Positions 38,745 to 53,443 of a stretch of 64,000 nucleotides of DNA are shown here, in pieces. The first letter of the stretch is position 1; each line of letters opens with the position of its first letter. Made by a program: the position numbers and the translations under genes. The DNA lies in the NCBI RefSeq assembly GCF_036588685.1, contig NC_086376.1, positions 87,399,630 through 87,463,629 of the forward strand, read 5' to 3'. Source of the stretch: Mytilus trossulus. Taxonomy: Eukaryota. The notes under the pieces are model-generated. The model was not told where the DNA came from. It worked only from the letters and a program-made list of their open reading frames with translations, and searched no databases.

Positions 38745-41700
38745 CAGGAACACAAATCGATAGCAACAAGGGGAAGGGACATCTAACAATAGCCTCCTAT
38801 AATTGCAAAAACATCAAAACCTGTGGTCATGCAATCGATGAACTATTAAAATCAAATCAATTAATCTTATTACAAGAACACTGGCTTTTCCAATCACAAA
38901 TTGATATGTTAAGCGACCTGCACTCAGAAATCAACTATGCAGGAAAGGGAGTCGATATTAATAACCCTTTACTCCCGATGTATATGCCAAGAGGCTATGG
39001 CGGTGTTGCTATCATATGGCAAAAAAGTATCGATCACTTAATAAAACCATTATCTGAAGGATCAGAAAAGATGCAATGCATAGAAATATTAAGCAATAGT
39101 GCGCACAACTTGCTGCTTGTGTCAGTTTACTTACCGTCCAAAGGAAGTCGAGACCATGTTGAGGAATTTTTAGAATGTATTGACCAACTCTACGAACTTT
39201 ATCAAAAATACTATGGAACGCACGACATAATAATTGGAGGAGACCTAAACGAGGACTTAAACGATACTGCGACGTCAAGAACAAGAAATAGATATTTGAG
39301 GAACTTTATCTCAGAGTGTAACTTGTCCTTCAACAATGCAGGAAAAACCTTCATCAAGGCATCTGGAGTAGAATGTTCGGAACTTGATTACTTTCTACAC
39401 ACTCTCAAAGACCCAAAGCTATACTCAAACAAAACAGTTCTACACTCCGTTAAAATGAATGTGTCAGATCATCATCCAGTACAAATGACGTGTGTGTTTG
39501 ATTTCGCGAAGGTCACACAAAAGCAAAGGAAAAGTAGCAACGTCACCCCAAAAATAAAATGGGACAAAATGGACATGGACCTATATAAAGCTATGGTCGA
39601 CACATCATCAAAGTTGATATTGGAAAAATTAGACAATAAACAGATAGGACTGGAAGAATCTATTCAGACAACATGTGAGATAATGGCCAACTCAGCCATT
39701 AAATCCTCCAACATCAAACCCTCGTATAATGCAAAACCGAAACTTAAAGTATGGACACCTGCAATACAGGTTGCTCTTAAGGAGATGCGAAATAGCTACA
39801 ATGCATGGGTAAAATCAGGAAAACATGAAGATCTAGACAATGTCCTTTTCTTGGAGAAACAACGAACAAAACAACTTTTTCGAAAATCAGTCCGTGTCGA
39901 AATTGCAAAAAGAAGAGAGGACGAAAAAGAGCTGATCATGGAAACTAGAACCAGAAATATGAAACTATTCCATAGGCTAGTTAGAAATACACGTAAAAAA
40001 GGCGGAGAAATTATAATGGACTTGAATGTAAATGGACACTGCTATACGGGAGATGAAAACATGCTAGCAGGTTTCAAGGAACATTTCCGCACACTAGCAA
40101 CATACGATGAAAACATCAACATTGACAACGACTATCATCAAAATGTGGAACATGAAATTCATATAATAAATCAATTGGTTAAAGGCAAGAACATTCCTGA
40201 TGCATCAATGGAAGAAATTTCAAACGCAATCAAAAATATCAACAAGGGTAAATCTGCTGACTACTATGGCATCACAATTGAACATATAGTTAATGCGGGA
40301 GAAATCATGGTCATCTTGCTCCAAAGCATCATAAATGAAATTTTCCAACAAGGATATGTGCCAGATCTCCTAAAAATCGGACTTCTCACACCAATTTTCA
40401 AAAACAAAGGAACTAAGAATGATGCAGGAAATTACAGAGGAATAACAGTGCTGCCTGTAGTGAGCAAAATAATAGACACAGTGCTTAAAAATAGAACACA
40501 ACCATCAGTAAAAGCCGTGCAACATAAATATCAACGTGGATTCACAAGTGGTTCAGGACCAATGAACTCAGCACTACCAGTGGAAGAAGTGTATCGTGAA
40601 GTTCATGACGGTGAAACAGAAGCACAAATAATACTACTGGATGCAAAATCAGCGTTTGACAAAGTGATACATACCCATATGATGAGAAGAGTGTACCAAG
40701 CAGGTATCGAAGACAAACATTGGTCACTAATAAGTAGTCTGCACCAAAACGCTGCCAGTACCAGCAAATGGGGAGGATATATCTCTGAGTGCTTCCAAGT
40801 CTCATTGGGTGTTCGTCAAGGTGGAATACTCAGCACGGACCTATACAAGCTCTACGTAAATCCACTACTAGACAGATTGGAAAACTCAAATCTTGGTATA
40901 AGGATTGGTAATATAACATGCAATGCCAGCGCCTGTGCTGATGATATAGCTTTAATGAGTACAAAAGAAGACGACACACAAGTGCTGATAAATATGGCGC
41001 ACGATTTTGCGTACATGGAAGGCTATGAGCTACAGCCCCAAACAAGTGTGGCGTTAAACCTCTTGTCAAAAACTCATAAAAAGAACAATACCAACGAGTG
41101 CATATTCAACATTGGAAATAACGTTATGCCAAATGTCAAGCAGGCACTACATCTTGGAATAATTCGAACAACATCAATGAAGGAAAACGTAACTTTAAAT
41201 GTGGAGGAAAATATCAAGAAAGCTAGAAGAAGTGCATAGGGCTTATTTGGCGGTGGTTTCCATGGACATAATGGACTAGACCCAGAAAAACTGGTACACC
41301 TGTTTAAAACATACATTAGCCCTGTGTTACTCTACGGAATGGAACTATTACTACCCAAACCAGCTATGCTACTTCAACTAGAAAAATTCCAGAAAAGATT
41401 ACTGAAACAGCTGCTTTCACTTCCTACATCAACTCCAGACCCGGCGGTGTACATTCTATCAGGAATACTACCCGTCGAAGCGCAAATTGACAAAAGAGCA
41501 CTGGGATTACTTAACAACATCTGTAACCAAGATGAAAGCAGCACGGAAAAACAACTGGCGCGAAAACAAATCAGTGTTAAATCGCTGGACAGTAATAGCT
41601 GGTTTATACAACTCAAAGAGATCCTTTCAAAATATAACATGGATGAAATCAACACCTACCTTGATATACCTATGAAGAAAGAAAAATGGACCACATTGAT

Positions 41701-42268
41701 AAACCGAGCTACCCAAAAACACTGGAGCGAGTCAATAACAAGAATGGTTCCTTACTACAAAGGCCTACAACACTTAAATTACACGGAATTTCACCAAGGG
41801 AAGCTACACCCTCTAATAAAAATCAAATGTCAATCAGCTAGAGACATAGGAAGAATTCCTCCAAAGCTAAAAATTCTAACCGGCACATACATTTTGCAGT
41901 CACACAGAATCAAAATGTATGAAAATGAAACAGACCTGATCTGTCTTATATGTCACCAAGGAGACGAAACGCTGGAACATTTTATCCTGGAATGTGAAGG
42001 GTTAGCCGATACTAGGAATTCAATTATGGATGAAATTAGTGCCATTCTGAAGGATTCAAGAAATGTAGACTTTCATAAGCAATCATCAAAAGTAAAGATG
42101 CAAATTCTACTGGACATTACAATGCTGCGGGAAAATCTAAAACTAGATGCACAACTAATGGCCGAAATTGAATATTGTAGCCGCCGACTTCTCTTTTTGT
42201 TACACACCACCAGATACCGTTTCCTGTCAAAAGGATGGAAAAAGGACAAGAAAAACGTAAAGGTGTAA
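38525..42268 (+). pseudogene. LINE ORF2: AP endonuclease + reverse transcriptase + CCHC, with one in-frame TAG at 41237-41239
   Basis: SYNCK, LQEHWL, GDLN, SDHHPV; NYRGITVL, LDAKSAFD, GVRQGGILS, CADD; CLIC..ETLEHFILEC. The ORF at 41324-42268 is in the same frame. Confidence 0.95.
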
Positions 42269-44376
42269 TAACCAAGAATCAGTGCTGTGAACAATGTGTA
42301 AATAAACTGTATATATTAAACCAAATTCGATGGTATTGGACTGCACTACACGTATATATAAAGCACACAGGTGGAAGATATTGCTGCACATGTTAGACAT
42401 ACTGGTGCCTATGAAGACACTGGTGTGGTTCTCCTATATAGGAGGTTAAAGATACAGAGGTAAGGTAAGGATGCCTTGGCTTACACCGAACAGCAAGCTA
42501 TAAAAGGCTAAAACAATTAGTAGTGTAAAACATTTAAACGTCACTAACTGAAAAATGCCTAAGTGAATTTATGATAATTTGTTGAGAAAAGTTAAAGGAG
42601 AAGGAAGAGGTTCATCTTAAATGTCTCTTCACCGGGAGTATAGTATAATAGTAAATACTTTCGTGACTATACAACCCGACATAAACAAAGTGCTTTTAAT
42701 GAACTTGCAATTCAGTGGATATGTAAAGAGAACTAAGATTTCAAGTCGCAGTCACATTTTGGGGTTTTCCAGTTTAGAATACAAGTTTCTCTAATTCTAT
42801 GGAAAGATATCCCTTTCCGAACCAATTGTATAAAAAAAATTAATCAACGTGTGGCTGCCGGTGATTTCAGAAGATGATTGGCTGAGTCAAAGAGTCATAA
42901 CCTTTCTCAGCTCCCTGAATTGATCAAAATGTTCTAAAAGGTGTTAATGAAATTGGCTATTTAAAAGTCTAATGATATTAGCCAGGATCGAAATCCTACT
43001 ATGAGAGTGTCAACTGTGTATAATGAGATGCGAAATATACAAAAAGGTTTTTGAAACCCGTAAGTTGAAAAAAACGTATTACGTCACGTCTGAAAAGGAA
43101 ACAAACAACCGTACACAAAACACAACACTAAAGACTGAGCAACACGAACCTCAAGAAAAACAAAAGTTGTATGTAAACAAAAAATCTCTGTGTAGTGGTA
43201 TTGGACATGTTTCAATTTTTAACAAGTGCCTAACCATTTGTGTTGATCTAGAAAGAAGAGTACCATAGAATAACTTTAGAGTCATCAAATGTTTTCGAAG
43301 TATAAAAATTTCTAAGAAATAGAGCCGAACCACGAAAGGATTTTCGGGGTATGCTAATTTACGGAAAAATCAACCGCACTTCGTACCCCGAAAATTTAAA
43401 ACACATCTATTCAAAAGCAAAATCACAAAAATACTGAACTTAGAGGACAATCAATTCGGAAAGTCTACAATCACATGGCAAAATCAAATAACAAAACGCA
43501 TAAAAAACGAATGGACACGAACTGTCATATATAAAATGTCTCAGCTTTTAAACGAGCCATCACACATATCCAAGTTTACGATATATACTGAGCTAGAGAA
43601 GAAAACGTTTCCATTACTGCCTAAGCAGAAACAGTTTCGCATATTGCCCGATCTATCAAATAAATCAGGATAGGAGATACAAGCCCTAAAATATCGTATC
43701 TACTGGTAGATATTTGCTTCGTTTGTAGACGCTACTCGAATGTTGCTACAAACTATTGAAAAGTTCAGAATGAGGAAGCTGAAATATTTTGTTTTGTCTT
43801 AAAGTTTGTTTTCAACGGCCCCTCAGTGTCAAGTTCTATGCCAAGATATGAGGTAGATTTAACTCTATCTGCTGTGTCCTTTACCTCAAGTACGATGGGA
43901 TAAAGCCATATACTTCATAAAAAAAAGGCATGAAGATAAGATAAGATAACATAAGATATTTTATTGGTTTAAAATCCAAAATTACAGGATTGATACCAAG
44001 ACAATACACATTTGTCATATGCAAACATACAAACAGACATATATATATATATATATATCTGATCACATTTATAAACATTATATATACATATACATGTACA
44101 TACATCCCCTCTATTGTGAAAAGTAAATATTGTTACAATGATTAATGTATATAGTCTCTGAGAGGAGGTGAATGACTGGGTTACAGATGTCTTATTTTAT
44201 GAAGTTTTTGTCTGTCATATCGGAGATTATTATAACACATTATTCTCAGGACATATGTCCATTGTCATAGTCATAAGATAACTATATATTTATTTTGTAC
44301 ATGGGTATCTTTACAAGGTCCATATGTCTGTCAGGCAGGGATCACGTGGCCCTTTTCACGTCATGGATCAGTATTC

Positions 44377-44680
44377 AAAAGTAAAATTATAAAAATACTG
44401 AACTTAGAGGAAAATCAATTCGGAAAGTCGACAATCACATGGCAAAATCAAATAACAAAACGCATTAAAAACGAATGGACAAGAACTGTCATATTCCTGA
44501 CTTGGTACAGGCATTTTCAAATGTAGAAAATGGTGGATTAAATCTGGTTCTACAGTGCTAACCCTCTCACTTTAATGACAGTCACATCAAATTCCGTTAT
44601 ATTTACTTTGATGCGTAAATAAACAGACACAAGAAATAAATACTCAAAATATGGGTATATCAGTCATTATCGTATAATGT
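44377..44680. mobile_element. Abundant SINE-like repeat ('aaaagtaaaatcacaaaaatactgaact...catattcctgacttggtac')
   Basis: Related copies at 43413-43530, 46857-46900, 51060-51360, 57650-57790, and reverse copies at 56455-56618 and 62648-62776. Confidence 0.75.
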
Positions 44681-45214
44681 TCAGTTATCATGGGTAAGCC
44701 TATATCTCAGCAACTAGTTATGAGGTCAAAAATGTTTTTTTTTAGAATGTATTGATTTTAAGGTGTACATGACTGTCTGACATGTTTCATCTGACCTTGA
44801 CGTCTTTGTGCATAGACAACAAGTATGTAAATGTAACATTTTTGTTGTATAATATGTTTCTCTGATACTTCCTCCATATTAGAATGGAAGGGATTCGGAG
44901 ACCGACAGGTCTACGTAGTCTAACTACTGTACTTGGTATGTCAACACTGAGGTTGTGAGTTAGAATCCCACATGTGGCAGGTGCGATTGACTCCATCCTT
45001 TATTGTTTAGGATTGTCAGGTTTCCTACCGAAGATCGTTGGTTCTTTCCTGCCTCCTCCACAAATAAAAAAAAATAGCACAATAGTGCGTAAAATTGTGT
45101 TAAACACCGACCAATTAATAATTAAGTCAATTATTATTTGAATGGCTAAAGCGAACTTTCACATTATAACATTAGTGTCAAGTTTCCGGTCTATTAAAGA
45201 CTTTCTGCAATATA

Positions 45215-47680
45215 TAATCCAGTAGGTTTTCATTACATTATCCCGAATTTTCATTACTCCTTTCAAAACTTCGTTCTCTATTCAATTCAGGTTTAAAAAC
45301 CACGGTTAAAACCCTCATTTAAACCAAGAAAAACTTACAGCTATCATACCGGATACTGCAAGTCACAGACTTTTCAAGCCAGTTCACATTGGAAACGATG
45401 AAAAAAGATAAAACATCTTTCCTTAATGGAGACCATTGCCAACAAAAAGTCTCGATGGAGTCAAAATGGGCAATATCCTTCATTATCAATCGGTTCAATC
45501 GAAAATATTTCCCTATTTTAAAGATCAGTCTATACAAATCATTTCTTATATCTATTCCAAACCAATTGCAACTAACATTTTCACCTACACACATGTTTTG
45601 CAGGATCTCAATATTGACGACTTTAATTCTAAATCGCCTGATTGCACCTGTGCTGGTTCTCAATCCCAATATAATCCGACTGCCTACGTTATTTACGGTG
45701 ATCTCAACATTATCAGTAACACTTCCTTGGGAAATGTGTTATCTAAAGGTCCGAAATATTGTGAGCCTTAATCCATCAATTGGAAACACAACTTCAAAAT
45801 ACTGATGCAATCAATCGAAAATTATTCCAGCGAATGGCCTAAATGCGAGAAAGAAGACGAATACTAGTATACTCTTTCCGAATGGATTAAGGTTGTGAGG
45901 TCGTTGATACAAATCAGAATTAAGCAGAAACTCTACTTTTCCTTATCAAAACCCATGCTACGTCAATCTTTAAAGACCCAAATATTGCAAAGAACGTGTT
46001 CTACCTCCATGACACATATGTTGTTGTACCCGCAGATAAAGCCCCAAACAAAAACTGCTTGATTTTAAATTGAGTTAGGTATTGGCAGTTCACTTAGAAA
46101 CTGAACATATACCCCGACGACACTTACCAAAACATGAAATCCTGGATAATCATAGGTCTATTCTATGTTCCTTTGCTATTTCAATCAAAGATGAATAACT
46201 GGATCTTCCATTTCTGTACTATTTACCTAAACTACTTATTAATAAGTGTCCTTACAAACAACGGTATATCGGTATTGCTGGGTCTTCCAAGTGCTCGACG
46301 AAACCTCTTTCATAAATATAAATCTCTGTGTCATCAGCAATTAAAGCCGTGCTTCAAAGTTATTGTGAAATTGTCTGTTCTAGAGGTGGCGTGAATCAGA
46401 TGTGAATACTAAAAAAATCCATTGATCCTTTAGAGCACATATAGTCTAAGACTCTTTCATCTTGCAATATTATTACAACATTTCTTACTTCTCTGCACTT
46501 TAAACAAGTATTCCCAATTCTAAACAAAAAGGACCAATTGAAATAGTTGGTTTTGCTTTATTTGAGAACAAAGAATTGCCAACGTAGATACATGTATCTT
46601 GTCTTAGGGAGGGATTACTCCTACTTTGTAAAAAATCCCTCTGATTTGAACAAAATAATCTCTGAAACTGACATCATCAAGATGCTTGATTTCTTGATTG
46701 ACAACATACTTTTAAGAAAAAATTGAATCAACCCCCAACATATTTGTTACGCTTGGTGGACGTGTTTTATCAGCATTCCCATGGGAACCGATTGAGGCTG
46801 ACTTCATACTGGAAGTTCTAAGGAAAAAAGTAAAAAGAAAGTTAGCTATATCCTTTAAAAAGTAAAATCACAAAAATTCATAACGGAAAGTCCCTAATCC
46901 TAACTTTAACTTCTGCTATATACTAGTAGATGATGTTCTATCACTGAATAATTCAAATATTGGTGAGTATATTGAAAACATCTATCCCATCGACTCAGAG
47001 ATAAAAGATACAAGAATTTCAGTTGAGTCTGCCTCATTTGTTGACTTCATCCAGAAATTGACAATGAGGGTCGGTTGAAAATAAAACTTTACGACAAAAG
47101 AGATAATTTCAGCTTCTTCATTCTGAACTTTCCATTCGCAGCAACATTCTAGCAGCGACTGCTTACGGAGTATATATCTCCTATTTGAAACGATATTCCT
47201 TGCCTTGTATTTCCTATCATGATAACATTGATAGATATGTGTTGCTCATAAGGAAGATATTAAACAAAGAGTTCCAAATGGTTAAGTTGAAATCATTCTT
47301 TCGTTATTTTTCGGACGACATTACAAGTTGGTTGACCATTATTGAATATCTGTTTCACAGATGGTATCGGATATGTTCCTTATGTCGTTACTATAATCCC
47401 GTTCGATTTTCACTTATGTGACCTACCGAATTAAATTATTTTCTCGGTTTGTAATAAAATGAGCAACATGACGGATGCCAAATGTGGAACAGGATTCTTT
47501 TACCTTTCCGGAGCACCTGAGATCAGCCCAGTTCATGGTGGAGTTCGTGTTGCTTAGTCTTTAGTTTTTTTATGCTGTGTCTTGTGTAATGTTTGTCTTT
47601 TTCTTTTTAAGCCAAGGCATTATGAGTTTGTTTTCGATCTATGTTTTTGAATGTCCCTCTGGTATCTTTCGCCCCTTGTT
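45215..47680 (+). mobile_element. Decayed Penelope-like retroelement (RT)
   Basis: Frameshifted motifs KGPKYCEP, YVVVPADKAPN, KCPYKQRY, GSSKCSTKPL, FLIDNI, IPMGT, VDDVLSLNN, KLYDKRDNFSF and AYGVYIS, typical of PLE RTs. Confidence 0.8.
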
Positions 47681-49769
47681 GTTTGGAGATTTCGTGCTAT
47701 TGCCCAATACTCTGCTTTTGTACAATATTACGCTTTTGTGCAATACTAATGCTTTTCCGCAATACTAATGCTTTTCCGCAATACTGTGATGTGACGTAAT
47801 ACCATTTAATTGTGCAATACTGTGCAATTGAAGATTTCTTGATATTGCACAATACTGTGCTATTGTGCAATACTGTGCAATTGTAAATGTTAAAAATCAG
47901 AAAGTTCAAAAAGCATTTAGAAAAAAAACATTAAATGATTCCAAAATTAAAAATGAACAAATAAATTTCCCCCAAAAATTGAACCGTCTTTGAAGTAATT
48001 ACACCCAAACTCAATCCCAGCTTTCCTTATGTTGTATGGATCCTTGTAGTCCAATTTAAGAGAGACTCTTAAACACAAGTTATTGTCCTGTCAAAGTACT
48101 TGATAAAGTGCAGCTATTTTAAATACTTAAAGGATATTCATTTACATATCTTTTCAAGAACACAGTACATTTTAATCAATGCTCAATAATTACAAACTTT
48201 AACAGTACAAATCGACTGCATTTCCGACAGTCATTTACACTCCAGGGCCAACGCATTATTTAATGTACATTTACAAGTACAGGTTATACTATTGTTTAAA
48301 AAAAGAAAACAGAACGTACCAAAGGAATACCAGAAAAAAGGACAACACCATATCCCCAACTGGCAACATGAATTTCACAAAAAAGAAATGACGTCGAACT
48401 AGATACTACACAGAGAAAAGAAAGACAATAAAACGCCTGCCCTACCAAAATACTCACGTTTGGAGAATACATGTGCACTGGCTAGTCACAAGTTCTATTC
48501 ATGTAGAATACGCGTTGTGTTGCTCAGGTTTAGAAGTTATAATCTTTTTATATATCGATATGAAGTTTTTCTAACCTAAAAGATCACCAAATCCTCGAAA
48601 TATTATTCTGACATGAGAGTAATGGTAATTAAAGAAAGATTGCAAAAATATATTTTTTCGAGTAATATAAAACGACATGGTTAAGAAACTCATGTCCTTA
48701 TCATGTTGACTTGGGGTTGACCTATCTCCATATGAGTCAAGCTGTTTTGTATAGTACGGGCACTAAAGAACCATAGTGACTCAGTTAGCAGAATAATTTT
48801 GTTACAAAATTCCAAAATATGGAATCTTTAGTCACTTTTCATTTAAATTAATTTATTTAAGAAAAGTTCAGAGTAAAATTAAGGCAACAGTATTTTTTCT
48901 GATTTTCAATAGTCATTATCTAAGTAAGAAACCATAAGATATAAATGCAGATAACAAATAAACAAAAACTTTGAGAAACGAATGGTCATGAACTAACAAG
49001 GTAGCAAGACCGGGTGTACCGATATGGAAAGCATCTCATGCACATTCCATGATTGCAAAAACATGCCGCTATTAAACTGACATTTAGGAACATTTTATCG
49101 GTCAAGCAATACCTGATTGTACTTTCAAAATATATAAAGTAAAGATGATATTTGCATATACTATAACTTTTCTTTTACAGTACTTTTTATACTGCACCCC
49201 TGTCTAACTTAAAAAAAAAACCAGACTTAAATTATTGTCATCATATGCATGTTTTCTGATTCATTGGAAATAAATGCAATACATGTCATGTTTGAATACA
49301 TATTCTGAATTATTGTAATTATAAACATTTTCTGAGTAATTAGCATGTTTTAAAAACAGAAAGAAATGTTTATAAGTGCAACACACGGTACTTGAGACAA
49401 GAAATCAATGTTTGCTTACACTTTTAAAATTCAAATGAAGTAAATATTTATATGCAAGAGAAATTGTTGACGCAGCAATAACAATCTGTTACACAGACTA
49501 CAATATACCTACTAGGTTGTCACAATAGTGGTGCATTTCTTTCCAGTGGTTCTCAAGCAACACATACAGAAATCTTGGTAAGAATTAAATACCAGTACTG
49601 GTAAATATTTACCTATTTAAGATTTATTTTATAAGGTATATTTTTTTTTCAAAAAGGCATTTCTCCATTGATTCACACAGTAATTTCTTTAAATTCCTTG
49701 ATTTTTCTACTTAATGCTTTGTTAGACTCTCTTTCAGCTTACTTCTATGTATTTTGTTTTATATTTTTT

Positions 49770-49962
49770 CAACGTTATTTCAAGATTAAAGTTGATAATT
49801 TTAAAGTTAGTGTTGATTAATCCAAGATTAAATGTTGATAATCCCAAGATGAATATTTGACAATTCCAAGATCAAAATTAGAAATTTCAAGATTAAATTT
49901 GATAATTCCAAGATTTATGTTGGAAATTCCATAATAAGGGTTGGAAATTCCAAGATTAAAGT
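49770..49962. repeat. Degenerate 22-bp minisatellite (TTCCAAGATTAAAGTTGATAA)
   Basis: About 8 imperfect copies. Confidence 0.7.
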
Positions 49963-52900
49963 TACGCGTCTTTGAACCACTTTATCGTTTTATTCGAATA
50001 CTTCTCAAAGTTCAACGGGAACACCAGAAAAGAACCCGTATACGACCAATAAGTTGGGTTTCTATATATTACAAACAACCAAGATGTCAAACCAGTTACC
50101 ATGGTTTAGAAGTTTAGAACCAAAGAACCAGGATACTGAGAACAACATATTGCATTCGAACTTTTTATACCTTCAACGCATTTTCCAAAATCTTTATACT
50201 ACAAAGCAATTAAAGTCTAAATGGCCTATATTTGAACTCGACTCTTCTGTTTTTTTTCGCGACCAGTCTGAATTGGTCTGAATTTCACTCGACATTACTC
50301 GACCCCAGTCTCAACCATACTCGACTGTAATAATTTGTACTTGACCGTTAACTATGCCAATGAAAATAGTCTGAACTTCTACTCGACCAGTCCGAAACAG
50401 GCTTAACCCATACTCGACCTTTACTCGACCTAATTTTTCAGTCAAAACCATACTTGACCAAAGGACTGAAAAATTCTCAACCTGTCTGAACCATAATTGA
50501 CCAAAACACACCTTCTTATACGACACAGAATGATTATTTGTAGAACATGTCCCTTTAGTAGGTTTCATCTTACCGTGACCTCATTTTCACGGTCCACGTT
50601 AGGTTTACGTGGTTAATAAGACATCATATTTCTGTGATGCTATAAGTAATTTAAATCTATTATTATATTGTTGTTTTGAAATATCATAAGGTTTACATAT
50701 CAACAGGGTTAATATAAAATTGACTTCATTTACATCGATACTTTATGATGTTAATGTATGTGATGTAGTAAAGACTTTCTTCATAAAGAACTTTGAACTT
50801 AATCTAACTATGATCAGTAAAGCAGGTGAGACATTTCAGTGTTTGCACTTTTATTAAATTTGAAAAAAAGTTATAGGAAAGATATAAAATACCAGTTCAA
50901 GCAAGAAGAACATGCAATAGTTGATGATGGAATGGTGTTACACATTCTAGTGTCAAACGTGACATGCATTTCAGAATGAGATCATATCATGTAAAACAGA
51001 CACCCTGCTTTGTACGACCGACACGTTGAGTCATACCTTTATCGACTAGTACAGCTCGTACACCGAGGACATTGAAAAATGAAAGTCTCTAATCAAATGT
51101 CAAAACAAAAGCTGAAACACATCAAACGAATATATAAAAACTGTTATATTCCGGACTTGGTACAGACATTATGTAGTATTTTGTTGATTGAACCTGATTT
51201 TATAGCTAGCTAAAACTCTCACTTGTATGACAATTGCGTCAAATTCCATTATATTGACAACGACGCGTGAGCAAAGCAAACAGACACAACAGGAAAAAAT
51301 GTCAAAAAAGAGGTACAGAAGGCAACATTCGGTTATCATCTGAATCACCATTATTACAAACAAATGTAAAAAAAAGGCACAAAAAGGGATACATCAGATC
51401 TTTTTCATTATAGGATTTTATATATACATATGTAAAATACACCCATAAAGGATTGAAGATTTTAAGTACTGGGACCGAATTCCTACCCTGACAGACACAT
51501 GGTTAGATAAACATTAACTGTGAATCGGGCGTTTGAAGTCGCACAGGTAGACATTTCACCTTTATCCTGGTACATTATACTTACACTAACTTGCTAAGAT
51601 GAAGCAGCAAAAACGTATTGCATGTCTTTAGATCGAACCGGCCACGGATTGCAGATAAAGGGATGTATAAGTTTGATCCTAATCTTCTATTGTGACATCT
51701 GATTTTCTATACTATAACTTATAATTTCTCTCGTGGCATCCTTTAAATTTGGGATTTCATCATTCGACATATAGTGTGAATTTTTAACTAGGCTTATAAT
51801 GGCAACTTCTGACTTGTTCTTTAATAAACTGTAGGTTAAGGCCGAAAAATATCCGTTCAGGCTATTTAAAGGTCAAATTAAGTGGATCGTTTTTTTTTTA
51901 ATAAATTGTAGTTTCTATACAAACTGGTTTCACAGTATTATTTTACTATGAGAGTTGACGTCTTTTTATCAGATTATAAATCTTTTCAACTGGTCCCTGT
52001 GATAGAAAATTGTTCATACAAAAAATTAAAATCAAAACGATGTTCGCTCCTTTGTTGCAATTTCTATTTCTATGTCTTCCATTTAATGTCAACTGCCATA
52101 TCTAATTTGTTCCCGCCTCTGTTTTACATGTAATTAAAAGTAAATGAATATAACTCGAAAATTTGGACGTCGAGATTCTTACTCTTAAGTTGTTCGTATG
52201 CTATATGCATTTGACGTCAAATTAAATATACTCGTTAGTTGTCTTTCTATGCAATTCTCCGAAATAGTGCTTATATCATGAAATTGAAACATTCATGATT
52301 TTGATTATAAGCGTTATTATTAATCCTAACTAAACTTCAAATGATTGTTTTTTATAAGCTTATATTTTCTTGTCTTTGTCAATGTAACAAGGATAAAAGT
52401 AATTTTCTATGATTCCTTTGTGTTTATTTGTGAATCTACGTTTCCAAATAAGGATAATTTCGACAATTTGCTTCATGACCACTTTTGCGATATGGATTAT
52501 TAGTTCACAGGTAGTTTGTTTTAAAAACAAACGACAACTTATGCTTCATTTTATTACTGCTTTCATGTATTATACTATAAAATTAAGGGCGTTATAACAC
52601 GATAAATGTATTATGGTTATTCTAAAATCATATCCTTCAATAGTTCCGTAGGTGTCTCTCTGTTTAGACTAAGCATGATAAATGCAGGATATATTATCAA
52701 ATTTAATGGTGTTATGGTGCGAAAAATGAACAAAGAGAGTAGGATTGAGGAATACGCCAACGAGAATGCAACAGGCCAACTCTAAAAAAATATAACCCAA
52801 AAAATATTTAAAAGACCATGGGCATCTAGATTTTAACATATGGACGGTCTTCAACAACTTACCAATGTAAACGAAACATATCAAGCTTTAGTTTTTCGTC

Positions 52901-53443
52901 TAGAACAGTTTGAATTTTTAACTGGCATCAATTCAAAATTCTATTAACGACACAAAAAACACTAAGTTATGATTAAAGGCAACCGCTGATAAAGTTATTG
53001 ATTTGAAAGAGACTCGTATGGTGAGGTTACACAATAAACGTTTTATTATGTCAACTATTATAGGCAATAGCTCAGATTTGAAAAGAAGTGCATGTGCGTA
53101 GTAAAATTGAATTGCTTTATAATCGTCGATTTTGAACATTCCAGTTTGATTCGCAATAACATAGTGTTGTTAGGTCTGTTTACATATTTTTTTCATAAAT
53201 TTCAAAGGGTTTGATTTTATTCAAACGCTGTTGACATATTTAATGATTGAATTGGTTGCTAGTTATTTGTTTTAATGTCCATTATTGGTATACATTTCAT
53301 CAATGTTCAGGGAGGAAAAAATGAAACAATATGTAAAATAATAATCACTACAAATACATTTTTATAACTAGATTGGCGATCAAATAATTGCTCTAAAAAA
53401 TAACAAAACTTGTAGCTGTAAACGACCATATATAGGCAACCTG

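Larger units (their letters stand above)
36034..42470 (+). mobile_element. Non-LTR retrotransposon (LINE), 5'-truncated, inactivated; RTE-X/CR1-like group (clade tentative)
   Basis: Esterase-like ORF, PHD/coiled-coil ORF, APE-RT-CCHC ORF, short 3' UTR and (GGTAA)n tail at about 42457-42470. Confidence 0.93.

Noticed and set aside
41237-41239. Programmed read-through at the ORF2 TAG
   Set aside because: A simple TAY>TAG mutation is more likely because ORF1 also has stops and frameshifts.
36696-42294. Minus-strand ORFs inside the LINE
   Set aside because: Antisense shadows of the coding strand with no motifs.
49517-49577. Possible orphan exon (TAG...CTTG|GTAAGA)
   Set aside because: Weak acceptor, no partner exons and no recognisable peptide.
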